A stretch of 63,957 nt of DNA, the filler included, from Atractiella rhizophila (lineage: Eukaryota), in NCBI GenBank assembly GCA_021432655.1. It is 12 parts of 9 records of this genome, joined end to end, with 100 filler letters (N's around TTAATTAATTAA, not from the genome) between each part and the next. Parts side by side here need not be neighbours in the genome. Positions count along the whole stretch, not along the records: positions 9,759 to 19,333 come from MU272107.1; positions 19,434 to 29,004 come from MU272108.1; 10 more parts are not named here. The stretch is one strand, 5' to 3'. A model generated the notes under the pieces. That model was not told where the DNA came from, ran no database searches, and saw nothing but the letters and a program-made list of their open reading frames with translations. A program made the translations under genes and the position numbers. Shown here in pieces: positions 11,865-24,185 of this stretch. The stretch's first letter is position 1. Every line of letters starts with the position of its first letter.

Positions 11865-12165
11865 TGTTAGGGCTGACACTGTTCTTGTTGTGAGCAATGG
11901 GGGAAGCTGCCAAGTAGAGCGGATATCCTAAGTATTATTACAATGATACAAGAGTGATACTAATCTGCCAAGTAGAGTGGATATCCTAAGAGAACCAATC
12001 TGGATATCTCATTCTACTGACAGGGTGTTTAGACACAGACAGCTACAAGTTCCAGAATGTTCCAGCATACTCCACCCTTTATTTGCCATATGCCAGACAG
12101 AACCTTCTAGACCATTTTCCCCATACTCCAGAACATGAGTCATGCTACAAAAGCGAACCCTGATA
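11865..12165 (-). repeat. LTR related to the LTR at 31297-31786, abutting a Helitron
   Basis: Its minus-strand end AGTGTCAGCCCTAACA matches 31771-31786, and its start TATCAGG resembles TGTCAGG. It has an internal 26-bp direct repeat. Confidence 0.7.
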
Positions 12166-13540
12166 CCTGAAATCCTTTAAGGATATCCGAACAGTAAAGG
12201 GAGCTGTTTATGAGACTTTCAAGGCTACATGTGTGGCTCTTGGGCTGTTAGAAAGTGTTGAAAAATGGGATTATTATCTTAATGAAGCCAGCTCAGTTAA
12301 GAATGGCTTTGCGATGCCATCTCTGTTTGTCTATATCCTGCTATTCGGAGTCGCCAGCAAACCCAGAAGACTATGGGACAGCAATTATGAGCAACTCAGT
12401 GATGATTGTAAATACCTTCTATGGACAAATATGATGTAGGCAATCTAACGAACAAGCAAATTACCAGCCTCTGTCTTCTTGAAATTGAAGATCTCCTCCA
12501 GCTCATGGTAAATCCCTAAGTGACTTTAGACTACCATAACCCACAGAGCGACTAGAAGGATGGGGAGGTGAGACAAGGATTATTGGAGAAGAACTTGCAC
12601 ATAACGGACCACTACTTCAGACATGTGTTTAGACAGAGGTACCATTATTGAATCTGGACCAGCATGATGCCTATGACCAGTAGTAGAAGCATGGCAAAGT
12701 GGAAATGGTAAATTATTTTTATCAATGGGCCAGGAGGGACTGGAAAGACTTTTGTTGAAAGCCTATTACTCACCAAGGTGCATTCAGCAGGGAAAATTGC
12801 ACTGGCAGCAGCCTCTTCCAGTATTGCTGCTATTCTGCTGGAACGAGGACAAACAGCTCATACTTTCTTCCAGATTCCGTTGGACATTAAAGCTGATTCC
12901 ATCTGCAGTGTTATAGCTCAAAGCGATCATGGTTGACTTTGTTGAGAGGCAGAATTGATAATTTGGGACAAAGTGGGAATGAGTCATCAATGGTGCTTCG
13001 AAGCAGTTGACCGGATGCTGAGAGATATACATAAGGTGGATGTGCCTTTTGGTGGAGTTATTTTGGTTCTTGGTGGTAAGTGCCTCAAGTTAAAGAGTTT
13101 ATGTCTAATAATAATCAGGTGACATGTGACAATGCCTCTCTGTCATCCCCAAGGCTTCATGTGCACAGATTGTCCATGTATATGTCATGAACCGTCCCTT
13201 TGGCCAGCAGTTCGTGTTCTCCCTCTTATAGTAAATATGTGCCTGCTCTGTCCTCGGGCTCAAAATGACTGGCTGAGACTTTGCTATTGCCTCTGGCTTT
13301 GCTGAGTGGTTGTCAGTTGGTAATGGCACAACTTATAACATGGAAGACTGTGGCCATGGTGCATTGAGTATAAAGGACCAAACAATAGTCTGATAATCAG
13401 GCGGACTGGATGTGACTTCTACCTTGGACTGAGCACCATAACACAAGATGTCAATCCAGTCGGGTTGAGGCAATACTTTCAAGAGCACATGATCCTTATG
13501 GCCCAAAATGTTGATGCTTACATGCCAATGAGACATATCC
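12166..13540 (+). mobile_element. Second Helitron helicase fragment, decayed
   Basis: KSFKDIRTVKGAVYETFKATCVALGLL..WDYYLNEA and GPGGTGKTF. Clearly similar at the nucleotide level to 10140-11075 in reverse orientation. Confidence 0.9.
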
Positions 13541-13544
13541 TGAT

Positions 13545-14640
13545 GGCCATCATCGGAATCGAGGTGTCATTCCAAAGAGAAACAATACAACTCTGGAATT
13601 CTGAACATAATGTCCTGGCAGAGGATATTGATTGGAATAAGTGAGCAATTACTGTTTCGGTGTTCATTGCTTTCTCTCACTAATTATTCAGGCTCTGCAT
13701 AGATTTGTCTATAACTTTGTTCATTCATATAGCTGATATATGATGAAAGAAGCGAAGTGGAAGCAAGTTCAAGTAGTATCTAAAGGGCTGAAGGCCTGTT
13801 GTTCTTTGTTTTGTTCCAGCAGTGAGTACATACTTAGTTAAATACGGTGTGAAGCCTATCAAAGAGGTAACACTTATTCTGGAGAAAGATGACACATCTC
13901 TGTCAGAAGTCCTCCCTGCTTTCGAGCGATTGCGGAAGACTCAAACCAACTTCAAGAGTGATCCAACCATAGTGGCCTGGCATATATCTGCAGAGACAAC
14001 TCTCAAAAAGCTTGATAAGTACTACAATATTGCAAAGAGTACCTGCTACTATCAGTGAGCCACAGGTCTGTCTTTTGTCTATTATGTATCCAAGCTGCCA
14101 AAGTTCCTAATAGCAGTTGATCTGTGTTATGGGCTCCCTTTCCTTGGTGACATATATGGAAGCAAGTTTCAGAAGTTTGTTGAAGGTAGGCTCAAAATGG
14201 AATATAACCGGTGAGCTGCAACAATTGGGCAGAGAGAAGCAGTCACTGAGACTGAGCCTGCAAGTAAGAAAGTTCAAGATATGGGCGATGATGATGACAC
14301 TTGTGGATTTACCAACAAATGGCGATTCTGAAGACAGTTTACATGAGGTTGACCGCTTCACTGGAATTATATATCTCATTTCCCACGATCCCCTTTGATG
14401 CTGGAAGGTATGTCCTCAATTGACTTCCCTCCCATTCTTATCTTCTTTGCAAAGCGCCATGAAGACATTTATCTGATTTTAAGACTTATCGCCTATGATC
14501 TTCTTGTTATCCCTGCTTCAACACCTGATGTTGAATAACTTTTTTGCATGGGTAAAAAACTTCAATACCCATCAGAGGGTCTCAATGTCTGCATCCACCC
14601 TTGCTGAAACCATGATGTCAAGGGCATGGCTGACCACCGA
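13545..14640 (+). mobile_element. hAT transposase C-terminal pseudogene with dimerization domain
   Basis: A TRWNS-like remnant at ~13590, LSEVLPAF...LKKLDKYY, and DPL*CWK..YLILRLIAYDLLVIPASTPDVE*LF..R.SMSASTLAETMMSRAW. Confidence 0.75.
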
Positions 14641-14869
14641 AGATGAGGAGGAGGCTTACCACAACCCAAATTCTGCCAATACTACCCGGCCTGTGGCTCT
14701 TGGAGGTATGAGAGTTATACAGGCGACGGCACTGTCGTAAGTACTCTTGTAGGTTGGGTCGACAGAAATAGTGCTGAGATATTGTCTTTCATTGCAGTAA
14801 GGGTAGTGATATCCTAATGCCTCTCTTTGATGAACCTTTTGTCCTTTCCACCAAATCATCAAGATGATA

Positions 14870-17560
14870 TCCCTACACTCAGTGGTATGCAGTAGCTTAC
14901 CTTGGACGAATTACGAACCTGGCATCGAACTAATAAGAAGGAAGCAAGCCATGAAGGCCACTGTCAAAACTGGATAGGACGTAACCACGAAATGCAAACC
15001 GTTAGCGAGGCAAAGAAGATGCTTGTGGACCTTAGCAGCCTGGCTGGGGACTTGCTGTCATTGTGTGGAGCATCATACAGCTTCTACCTGGGAAAGTATA
15101 TAAGAGTTTGGATAGGTAAGCCCATTGTTACTTAAAGAGCAAACAATTTGTTAATATAAGACTCAGATTTCCACACTCACACAAAATCAATGGAGTCAAC
15201 ATCCTTTGTGACCGGTCATACTATTTTCTTTCCTTTGAATGGTCTGCAATACCGGGAGACACAACCAAGGCGAAAAAGTAAACTGGAAAGCATTTCCTCT
15301 TCTCTAACCCTCTGCATCGATCCAGGCTCCACAGGCGCTGAGATGATGTGATATTTCAGGAGAAGACTGGAGGAGACCCTGGCAAAGACAGTATTTATTA
15401 GAGAAGCTTAGGCATGGGTACAATTACAATGACTTCCATCACAGCACTATAGTCCAAAAGCTAATGGAGGATGACATTGGTTTCATGGAAGACGAACAAG
15501 AATCGGTCTTCATCGCTTCGACAGATGGTGCAGCCATACATGCCACCAGGGACTCCAATATGTGGGTTTGTAATCCTTTCATTTCTGGGCTTCGACATGG
15601 ATGTATGAGCTAAACAAAGTTATACATTTTTTTACGTTAGGTGTTCCTGGTCCGAACAATCCCATAGGCATCCAATCATTCTTCCTCCCATTCTATAAAG
15701 CGATGGCGAAGCTGAGTGGAAGATTGCGGATGTGGGATGGTGCTTCTCAAGGATGGTTTGTTTGAAAAGAATGGTTGATCAACAAGTTGGGTAAGTGTCT
15801 CTTCATAGGGATTTTAAGAACCAAATAAACGAAATATAGGTGATATGCTTGATTCAGTAAAGGCTAACGGTTGCACTAGCTATCAGGGCAAGTGTGGCTG
15901 TCACTTTTGCAAGCTTATAGGTCAACTTCAACTTTTCTTAGGCAACATTAGTATTACCTGTGTATATCACTCCCCCAAGATGATGGCAAGCTACCGAATT
16001 ATCACCCGGTCGCCTACAATCCTCTCAGTCTCCACATGTGCACTACAGCTGAGTATACACAAACAGCAAAGGATCTCGTGCTTGCGGTAACCTAAAAAGC
16101 TAGGGCAGAAACAGCCTGCGACAGCGGCATCATTTCCATTATGGCATTTTCTGGTCTCAGGACCTTTTCTGATCCATGGTCATTCTTCACTGGGGACCTT
16201 GTAAACCTCCACTGGAAGAACAATACAGAGCTTATTTTCGACTCGACCATGGGTATGAATAAGCAGGAATCTGAACGATGGCATCCATCCAACATAGCAG
16301 GTTCAAGAGCTTTTTGGAAAACATAGTCGAACACTCCAAAATCGACATTCCCTACACCTTCTCTCAGGCAGCTTCTCGAAACACACATCAATTCCACAAC
16401 ATGCAGTACAAGATGCACGGACAGTGGGATGTTTGATTGGCTGCTGGTGCCTGGCCTCTTCCTCCTAGCATTTCCACAGGACATTCTGGATGTCATCGAT
16501 TCATTCGTTTGTGGTTGCCAGCTTGTGTGGCAGCATCAAAGCACTGAAGAGGAGCGGCTCGAAATCCAAGACCACTTTGTCGCCTTCATTATAGACTGGG
16601 AAAAGATCTATGTACGTGGCGATCACTCTTGACTCATTTCAAATGCCCATGTGCATTCACCATCTCTTGCATATCACTGACTGGATTCTCTGGTATGGGC
16701 TGGAGATCCTATACTCGCAGTCCCCAATGGAGAGAATGATTGGGTACTTAAAAAAGCACATCAACCAGGGCGACAAGTATCAAGAAAATCTTCTCAACCA
16801 AGCTGTGCTGCAGGAACAGTTGAACATTGTAGATATCCTCTACCCCAGTTGACATCCCATTCATTGGACCTTCGCCTCTCAATACCGACAGTTTTCCTCT
16901 ACATCCTCTCGCAACTCTGTCTCTTCACCTCGTTGGATGTCTGTCCCTCTCACCAAGCTTGCCAAACTGCGAGGAACTGAATAATACGAGGAATAGCTCA
17001 TATTGATTCAAGCGTACTGCGCCGCTCATGGCAAGAATCTTAACGGCATTGATATGGAGAAGACGGTTGCAAAGTGGGAGCACTGGGTCGGTATACTTTG
17101 GCTAATAGGGATGTTGTTCGCTCTCGGAGGTATCAGAGTTTGGTACTGTTTTTAAGCTGCATTTGTGCCACTGTCATTTGTGGCTCTAGTTTTCTTTCCC
17201 TTTGCCGTTTCTCTCATTTTGCCGAGTTCCTCAAGGTATAAAAAGCCCATTATAACTTCATTGTAATGCATTCTTTTAGACCCTTGGAATCAACAGGAGG
17301 CTGGAACGGTCTCGGAAGTTCGAAGTAAGGAGGGCTCTAGGTTTCAGGTCAGCTTTCCATTGATATACATAACAGAGCTCCTTCTAATACACATTTAGGG
17401 CGTCGACAACACTGGAGACTGCTTCTATGGTGAGGCCATTGGCTACATTCGAATTCCAGAGACTTTCTTTAACCCCACCGCAAATGTAGCGGATGACAAG
17501 CTCTTTGCGGTCACTCAGCTTTTCAGCAAACGAACAAACCTCTTCAATGTATCTCCCAGA
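14870..17560 (+). mobile_element. CACTA/EnSpm-like transposase pseudogene with introns
   Basis: GPNNPIGIQSFFLP, WDGASQGWF, GDMLDSVKANG..YQGKCGCHFC and IHHLLHITDWILWYG...SQSPMERMIGYLK. Boundaries are approximate. Confidence 0.72.
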
Positions 17561-18728
17561 ACTCCTTTAAATAACCCATTCACTTGTTCGCTCATATTCT
17601 TCAAGTCCGCTTTACTTATTTGCATCATTGTACTTCCGTTTGTCAATTACAACTTTGGTAATTAGGTATGCAATGCCACATTTAAGGGATTAATGGTAGA
17701 CAATATTACCATCTCCAAAGGGGTACGAATAAATTTCCATGTCCGAGTTCCATTTAAAAGCCGACAGGAGCAACGGCGATAAATCAACGGTTTTACCATG
17801 CTGGGGAGCTAGAGCTTGAAATTATTTACAGTTGTTGGAAGCCCCACAGCTGTTTGGTTTTGGTTTCCAGCGCTGCCATTCACCACTTTCCAGGCACTAG
17901 GTACAATAATCTGTCACTCCTCGAGCACCCAACCCTGTTGGTGTTCACTTGAGTAGCAATTCCTTGTTCTGGAATCTTCCTACATGTTCTCGCTTTTTTG
18001 GTTTTCTTACTTCTTACTTCTTCTTGAAAGTTCTAGAATCATTGTCTCGCAACTATATAAAGCCTCTAAAAGCGAAATGAAATGTATTGCAGTTTCCACA
18101 ATAACAACAAACCCACCCCTGCAAACTTCCAGGGATCGATGACGCGTTGCAATGGACGAAGGGAGAGGAAAGAAGTGCCTTATAAATAGGCTGCGTAAGG
18201 TGGACGGTTATACTGTACGTACACCAGATGAGCTAACTTCGAAAGTTGTGCGTGTAGCATTGTCGATTGACAAATTGGCAATGATTGGCGGGGAACAATT
18301 GATCAATCACTCCGATCCGTTGGCTGGATTGTGGATTGTGGATTTTTTACGGCTCCGACACTGGCAAGCCAGCTGGCAGTACGATAAATCTGCAGAAAAT
18401 GATGAATAAAAAGTCGACTGATCCTTTGATGGACTGCATCCATTCATTGCTTCAAGATGTCGATGAAACAAACGTTTCACAATTCTGGCTCAACCAATAT
18501 TAGGCAGGGAAATGCAGCTGTCAAGAAGGGATGAGAAACAGTAAAGTGGGCCTTATTATTCGCACGGATTGTGCTACGTGGCTAAGGGACATAAACAATC
18601 GTCATGTCTACGTTCAGACCTTCAGACCTGTCGCACTTAATACACCACTTTTTGACTCAAATATGAAGACAGCAATAGTGCAAAGATGCATCCAATTACA
18701 AGGTGACTATTACACTGCCATTTCATGT

Positions 18729-19333
18729 CTAAGCCCAGCTTACACTCAGTACAATCTCAGGAAAGAAAGGAGGGTAGCGGTGGACTGACCTATAACGATA
18801 TTCCTTGGGACTTCGTCGAAGCATCCTCCCTCTCCCCTTCTCCACTGACCTTGCACATTTTCGGGGTAACCCTACTTTCTTCTTTGCACCCGCTTTCGGG
18901 TGCAAAAACCCAGAGTTAACGGCCATGAAGACACAGAGGACGAAAAGGACGACCCATGCCTTTGTCATTGGCGCCACATCAGTGATATGAGAAAGAATAG
19001 GGACGACGAAAATGGATGCTCAAGGAAAGAACGTACAAGGTACCCTCGAAATATCTGACCCTCCACTCCTTTGGCGTACAAGCTGGCGAACGAAGCGGGG
19101 CTAGCCCTAGTAGCGCTCATCAAACTAAGCATGAGGCCGTTGAGCGTGCCCATGAGTTTAGGATCTGGGCAAACGTCGTTGATAGCGAGCTGTAAAGCGA
19201 TATAAGCCATGCTAGCGGATGTACCTACGACTGTAGTGGGGATGAGTAGGGCCCAGAAGATGTCGTCGAGTCCGTTCCGGAGCAAGGTGTTCATGAACGG
19301 GGGGAAGATCATGGAGAGGGCGTAAATCCAGGA
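18729..19333 (-). CDS. MFS transporter, C-terminal part (5' truncated)
   Basis: Hydrophobic helices with INDVCPDPKLMGTLNGL..S..RA.PA...SLYA and a GYL|AWVVL motif split by an intron. The stop position is uncertain. Confidence 0.75.
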
Positions 19334-19433
19334 NNNNNNNNNNNNNNNNNNNNNNNNNNNNNNNNNNNNNNNNNNNNTTAATTAATTAANNNNNNNNNNN
19401 NNNNNNNNNNNNNNNNNNNNNNNNNNNNNNNNN

Positions 19434-20059
19434 TTCTCGTCTTTCGGTTTCGCAGGCATGGGAGCGGGAGAGGGATCAAAGAGGAGATTTCCCAAGCCGT
19501 TAGAGATCGTGGCGGCCTCAGCGTTCATCTGCGCATGCAATTGATATCCTTCCTTTCATGCTAGACGTTTGGACAAGTGACGTACCATAAAGGGGTTCGC
19601 AATCGGCTTCTCGTCTTTCTCCTGCTCTTCTTCAGCAGAGGCAGCTGCAAAGCTCTCATTCCATCTCGTCGCTCTCCACGCGCGCACACTCTTTCTTCCA
19701 AAATCTTTCATAAGCTCATTCTCTTCCTTCGCCTCGCTTATAAAAATAAGAAAGAAAGGAAATAAACACACCTTGCCCTTCTTCTGACACTCTTTGTCCT
19801 CGCATCCCCAAACATACAGCACCCGATCAAAGCTGGACTCTGGCAACGGACAATAGATCTGCGTCAACAGCGGCATCTTCTTCTTACACGCCACACAGTC
19901 GGAGCACGAGACGGGAGGGGCAGCCGAGAGGGGGAACACGGGGAAGCCCCCGAGACGGGAGATGGTGTAGTCGCCCAAGTCGGGAGGCGAGGTGATGGGT
20001 CCATCGGCGAATCCGAGGATGGGCGCGGAGTCTTCGCTGTACTCTGATGCGGGTGCCAT
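19434..20059 (-). CDS. TSR4: PDCD2-like 20S rRNA accumulation protein, N-terminal part
   Basis: SRLGGFPVF..C..CKKKMPLLTQIYCPL..FDRVLYVWGC...C...SVRAWR; has introns and is 3' truncated. Confidence 0.82.
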
Positions 20060-20926
20060 GGGCAGCGCTTTATCGTGTCTTAGCAGCCGTCACGAAAGAT
20101 AAAGATAATAACTCGCTTTCGCTTTGCTTTTTCTTTCGATCAGGAAAAATTTGGTTCCTTTCGGCGATACATTGTGCGTATGACCGACACTTGCACTTGC
20201 ACACTCCAGTGAAGACTGAAGACTTTTCAAGTTGTGCTTTGGATAATTAGCGGATGTGCTTTGAACCTTCGCAGCCTCTTACAGTATAAGCTCCAGCTGC
20301 AACAGAGCGGATGACACCGCGAATCGTGTGGAAAGACATTGCCTCAACTTGAAGTGAGAATCTTAGCGTGACATCCTCTTCCGGGAGACGCAGAAAGACG
20401 TCGTTTCTTCATGGAACTGTTTCGTTACTGTGATGAGGAAGAGATGATTGCCAAAGCCCAAATCCAGCGGACCAGTCTTGGCCCTACCCTATAAGGGTAA
20501 TACATTTTTAATGCCTTCGTTCGCCTCCGTGTGACAAGACTTTCTCTCCCTTCCTCCAAAGCATGTAGGGACGCTGTCAAGATCGAGTGTTGATCTAATC
20601 CGCTCTAATCATGCCTCCAATCCCCAAATCACAGGAATTGCACCGTTATTCAGACCAGAGCACCGAAGTATGGAACATTCAACTTCAATTTTGAGCGATG
20701 GTCGATGGTTGGAACATATCTTTTCGTCGCCCGAGTCCCATGATTTAAAGGCCATCGTTCCAATTCATTCCTCTCCTCCCAGGATAGACTGATCCATTCG
20801 CCTCCTCTACTCCCTTTCTCTTTCGTCGTGCATTGCAGCCTTCGCAGACCAGTACTTCTTTCTGTTCCGTAGCAGTCCCTACTCTCGCTTTCATACACTA
20901 TCGTTTATCAAATCGTTGCCGTCAAC

Positions 20927-22280
20927 ATGCCTTCTTCCTTTAATGTCCATTTCTTCGCTATTTCCTTTATCGCAACCCTCTCCTCGGTTGTGAATGGCTA
21001 TATTCCCGTCGGTGGTCCGCCTTGTACAGTCCTTGGAGCCCCTTGCAACTGTCGGTTTCTCACATGCTAGCTCTTCTCCTTCAACAGCTGATGGAGGAAG
21101 TTAGTTCAATATGATTTCGATGGGAGCACTTTCACTGTCGATGCTTTTTGTGGAGGTTCGTTCGATCCTCGCCCTCTTTTTCTGATACTGAACGCATACG
21201 CGTAGGATCTGGAACCGATCTTTTTTGCGCTGGTGCGTGTTAAGATTTGCCCCGAAAAAATGGCACAAACCCCTCTGGCAGATAATGGAGCTCCTTGTGC
21301 TGAGGATGGTGATTGCTACAGTTCGTTTCCTCTCTTTCCTTGTTAAATTTCTTTCACGCTGACGCGTATCGCAGATTCGTGCGTTTCCTATTTGTTCTCC
21401 CATCTACATTATTTTGACGGTTGAGTCCTCCTCAGTTGTGGAACGACGGATGGTGTTTGTGGTGCGTCTTTCCACCTTTTCCTTGACGACTAATTGACCG
21501 GTTCTTGGAATTAGGTGGCGTCGGTAAGGTTGTTAAATCCCATCACGAATTTCTACTGATCTTCGACCTCCTAAGGTGCTGCATGCAACACTCAAGGTTT
21601 GTTGTCCATTCTCCTGTTTCATGATTTCACACCTTCGTAGATCCATTTGAACACGAGCAAGTGGGTACTCCCTCACATCTGAAGGGTGCAACTGAACGGA
21701 AAACAGTTGGAAACCGCCTGCGACACTCCCGGTGCGCCACCTCTCTCTATTTTCTGCTCGCCATTATTGACTCTCTTTCTCCATTGAAAGGTGCCATCTG
21801 TTCCACGGATAGCGGCGTTACAGGCGTCTGTCTCGACGCCGTCTCAGCCGCAGGTCGTAGGACTCGCTCCTTGCGTGAAAGGGACACTCGGTACCAATTG
21901 GCTTTGAACTACTGCAATGGCGGCGGTAAGCAGGTGTGCGAGATCAACGGCAAGTTCGAATGTGTGGATACGTTCAACTCGCTCGAATACTGCGGTGGCT
22001 GTCCCGGTTCAAAGGTGCTCTCGAGGAAAAGAGGACTTATTGGGGAGTGGACCGATTGCATGAATTTAGAAGGCGCTGACGACGTGGCTTGCGTCGCTGG
22101 TGGATGTGTCATCAGTACGCTTTTTCCCTCTTTAGAACTTGATCAAATTCATAAATTTTCCATGGATAGATACTTGTGTTGACGGTTTCATGCTCTTCGA
22201 CAATACTTGTATCCGAATCTAAACATGGTTCGTCCATCCTGCTCACATTAGTTGTACTTCCTGACTTATATGCGGTTTGC
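20927..22280 (+). CDS. Secreted Cys-rich protein with C-terminal CPL1/priA-like domain (many small exons)
   Basis: Signal peptide MPSSFNVHFFAISFIATLSSVVNG; C-terminal FECVDTFNSLEYCGGC...DCMNLEGADDVACVAGGCVI. The 3' end is approximate. Confidence 0.8.
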
Positions 22281-24185
22281 CAGGAGATACCTCATACCAT
22301 GCTAAACGCGACAGTCAGGACAGGTTTCTACATCGTTCGCTCCTTCTTTGCTTCCATTTTCTCTTCCCTTTGATGTTTGATTTATCTCCGTGCCCTTTCC
22401 CCTGCCGTTCTTCTCAAAGGCAATAATATTCAGATAGGATGTACTATCGTAATCGCGTTGGATTAGAATGAATTGTCCTTCAGTAAAAGCTTTCATCTAG
22501 CAGTTCCGACAGATGCTTAGCAAACATACGGGTTATCCACTCTTGTTTAGGCTCACGGCATGTCAAAAAGCGTCCATCGATATGTCCACAATCGCCGTGT
22601 TTTGGCATGTGCTTTGGTTTGTTTCCTTCCCTCTCTGCTCCTCCAGTAGTTCTACTATTCACGTTATCACTATGCATGTTTTGGAATACTGTTTCTAGTG
22701 ATTCAACATTTGGATTATATGATTAATTTGATGAAAACGAAACCCGATCAAAGAAAACTGACATTGGCAGATTATCAATCAGAAGAGTCAGCGTGAAGCT
22801 CTGCAACTCTGACGCAGAAACACGAATTGACCCCTATTAGGAGTTGCGCCTAGTATTGGTCTTCTCCACGCCTTGTCTTCCCAGTATTCGTCAACTCCAT
22901 CAGGGCCTTCTTGAACGGAATTTCTAGAGAACCATGGCGTTGAGACCACTAAAGACGAATCCAAATCGACTGCTTGCATCAATCATCTTTGTTCCCAACT
23001 AAGAAGGAAGACATTGAGAAAAATGTCAATCTTGAAATGGATGGAAATACATACCTGAAAATGAGTGACCTTTCGCCCGTGTCTTGATCTATGCAGAGTC
23101 TTATATTTCTTGAATCAAATCAGGACGTTGGGCCATATGAATGGGGACGATGGGATGAACTCGGTCCTGAGAGGCAGAGTTGGGTCAGGACTGGAGCTGG
23201 AACTGGAACTGTTATCCTGTGACGGGGGGGAGTTAAGAAGAGATCCTGAAGGGGTCAAGTGATTGACTGAGAGACACATTTGTGACTAAAGCCATTCTGT
23301 TTGCAAGTGGTGCCCGAGCTCACTGATATGATGAATTATGAACAGGACACTTGAAGACAGGATACTTGCGACGTTTAAGTATCTGGGTCCCAAATCCTCC
23401 TCGTCGCAGTTTTGAGAAGCTTGAAGGGTATGACTCTCTAAAAACCCTAATCTTTCCTTGGTGAACCGCATGATGCACGTTGATGTTCTTCAAGTTTTCA
23501 GTGCCGAAATGAATTGATTCTAAAATGTGTTTCATGAGAAGCTATGAGCGCTAGAGCACTGACCGCAATTTCAACGTTTATGGTACGGCTTGGTAAGGCT
23601 GCTAATGACTAATCCTTAGGCAGTGTACGCCTCACTGAGAAGTATGGAACGCACTGTCGGATAAGATAAAACTATTTTTTTATCCACTCTAGACCCAAAT
23701 GTTACGACTATGGTCCACTTTTTACCACATTAGCATCGAATAATGTGGGAGCACCCGCAAAAACCGACTGCTTTGATAGGAATATAGGAATACTAGCATC
23801 TGCTATCATTTTTGACCCTAGAAGCCGTAAACCTTCGTCGAAAGCGACTTTCCACCACGGCGCTCCATAGAGAAGGAGTATGAATATTTGTATCAAGAAT
23901 GCTGACGCCGTCCGGACATCGGGCACCATCATGATTGTATTGCGTGCGGTGGTATCCGCCCGTCTTGATAACTTGGTAGATCAATTATGAGTGGTGTTAC
24001 ACGCATCAAACCAGCTTCGTCTCAGAGTGTGATCGGTGAGATAAAGCCTCATCGACCTCATCTTTCCACTTCTACGATTTCATTATCTTTTTTGGAGCGA
24101 GAAATCACGCGATTGCTTCCCGGTCCATTTAGACCGACTGTGTCACTAGGTCAGACTTTCATCATGAGACTGTAGTGATTATCTG

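Noticed and set aside
18152..18790. Broken ORFs as a transposase C-terminus
   Set aside because: No catalytic or family motif that I can name.
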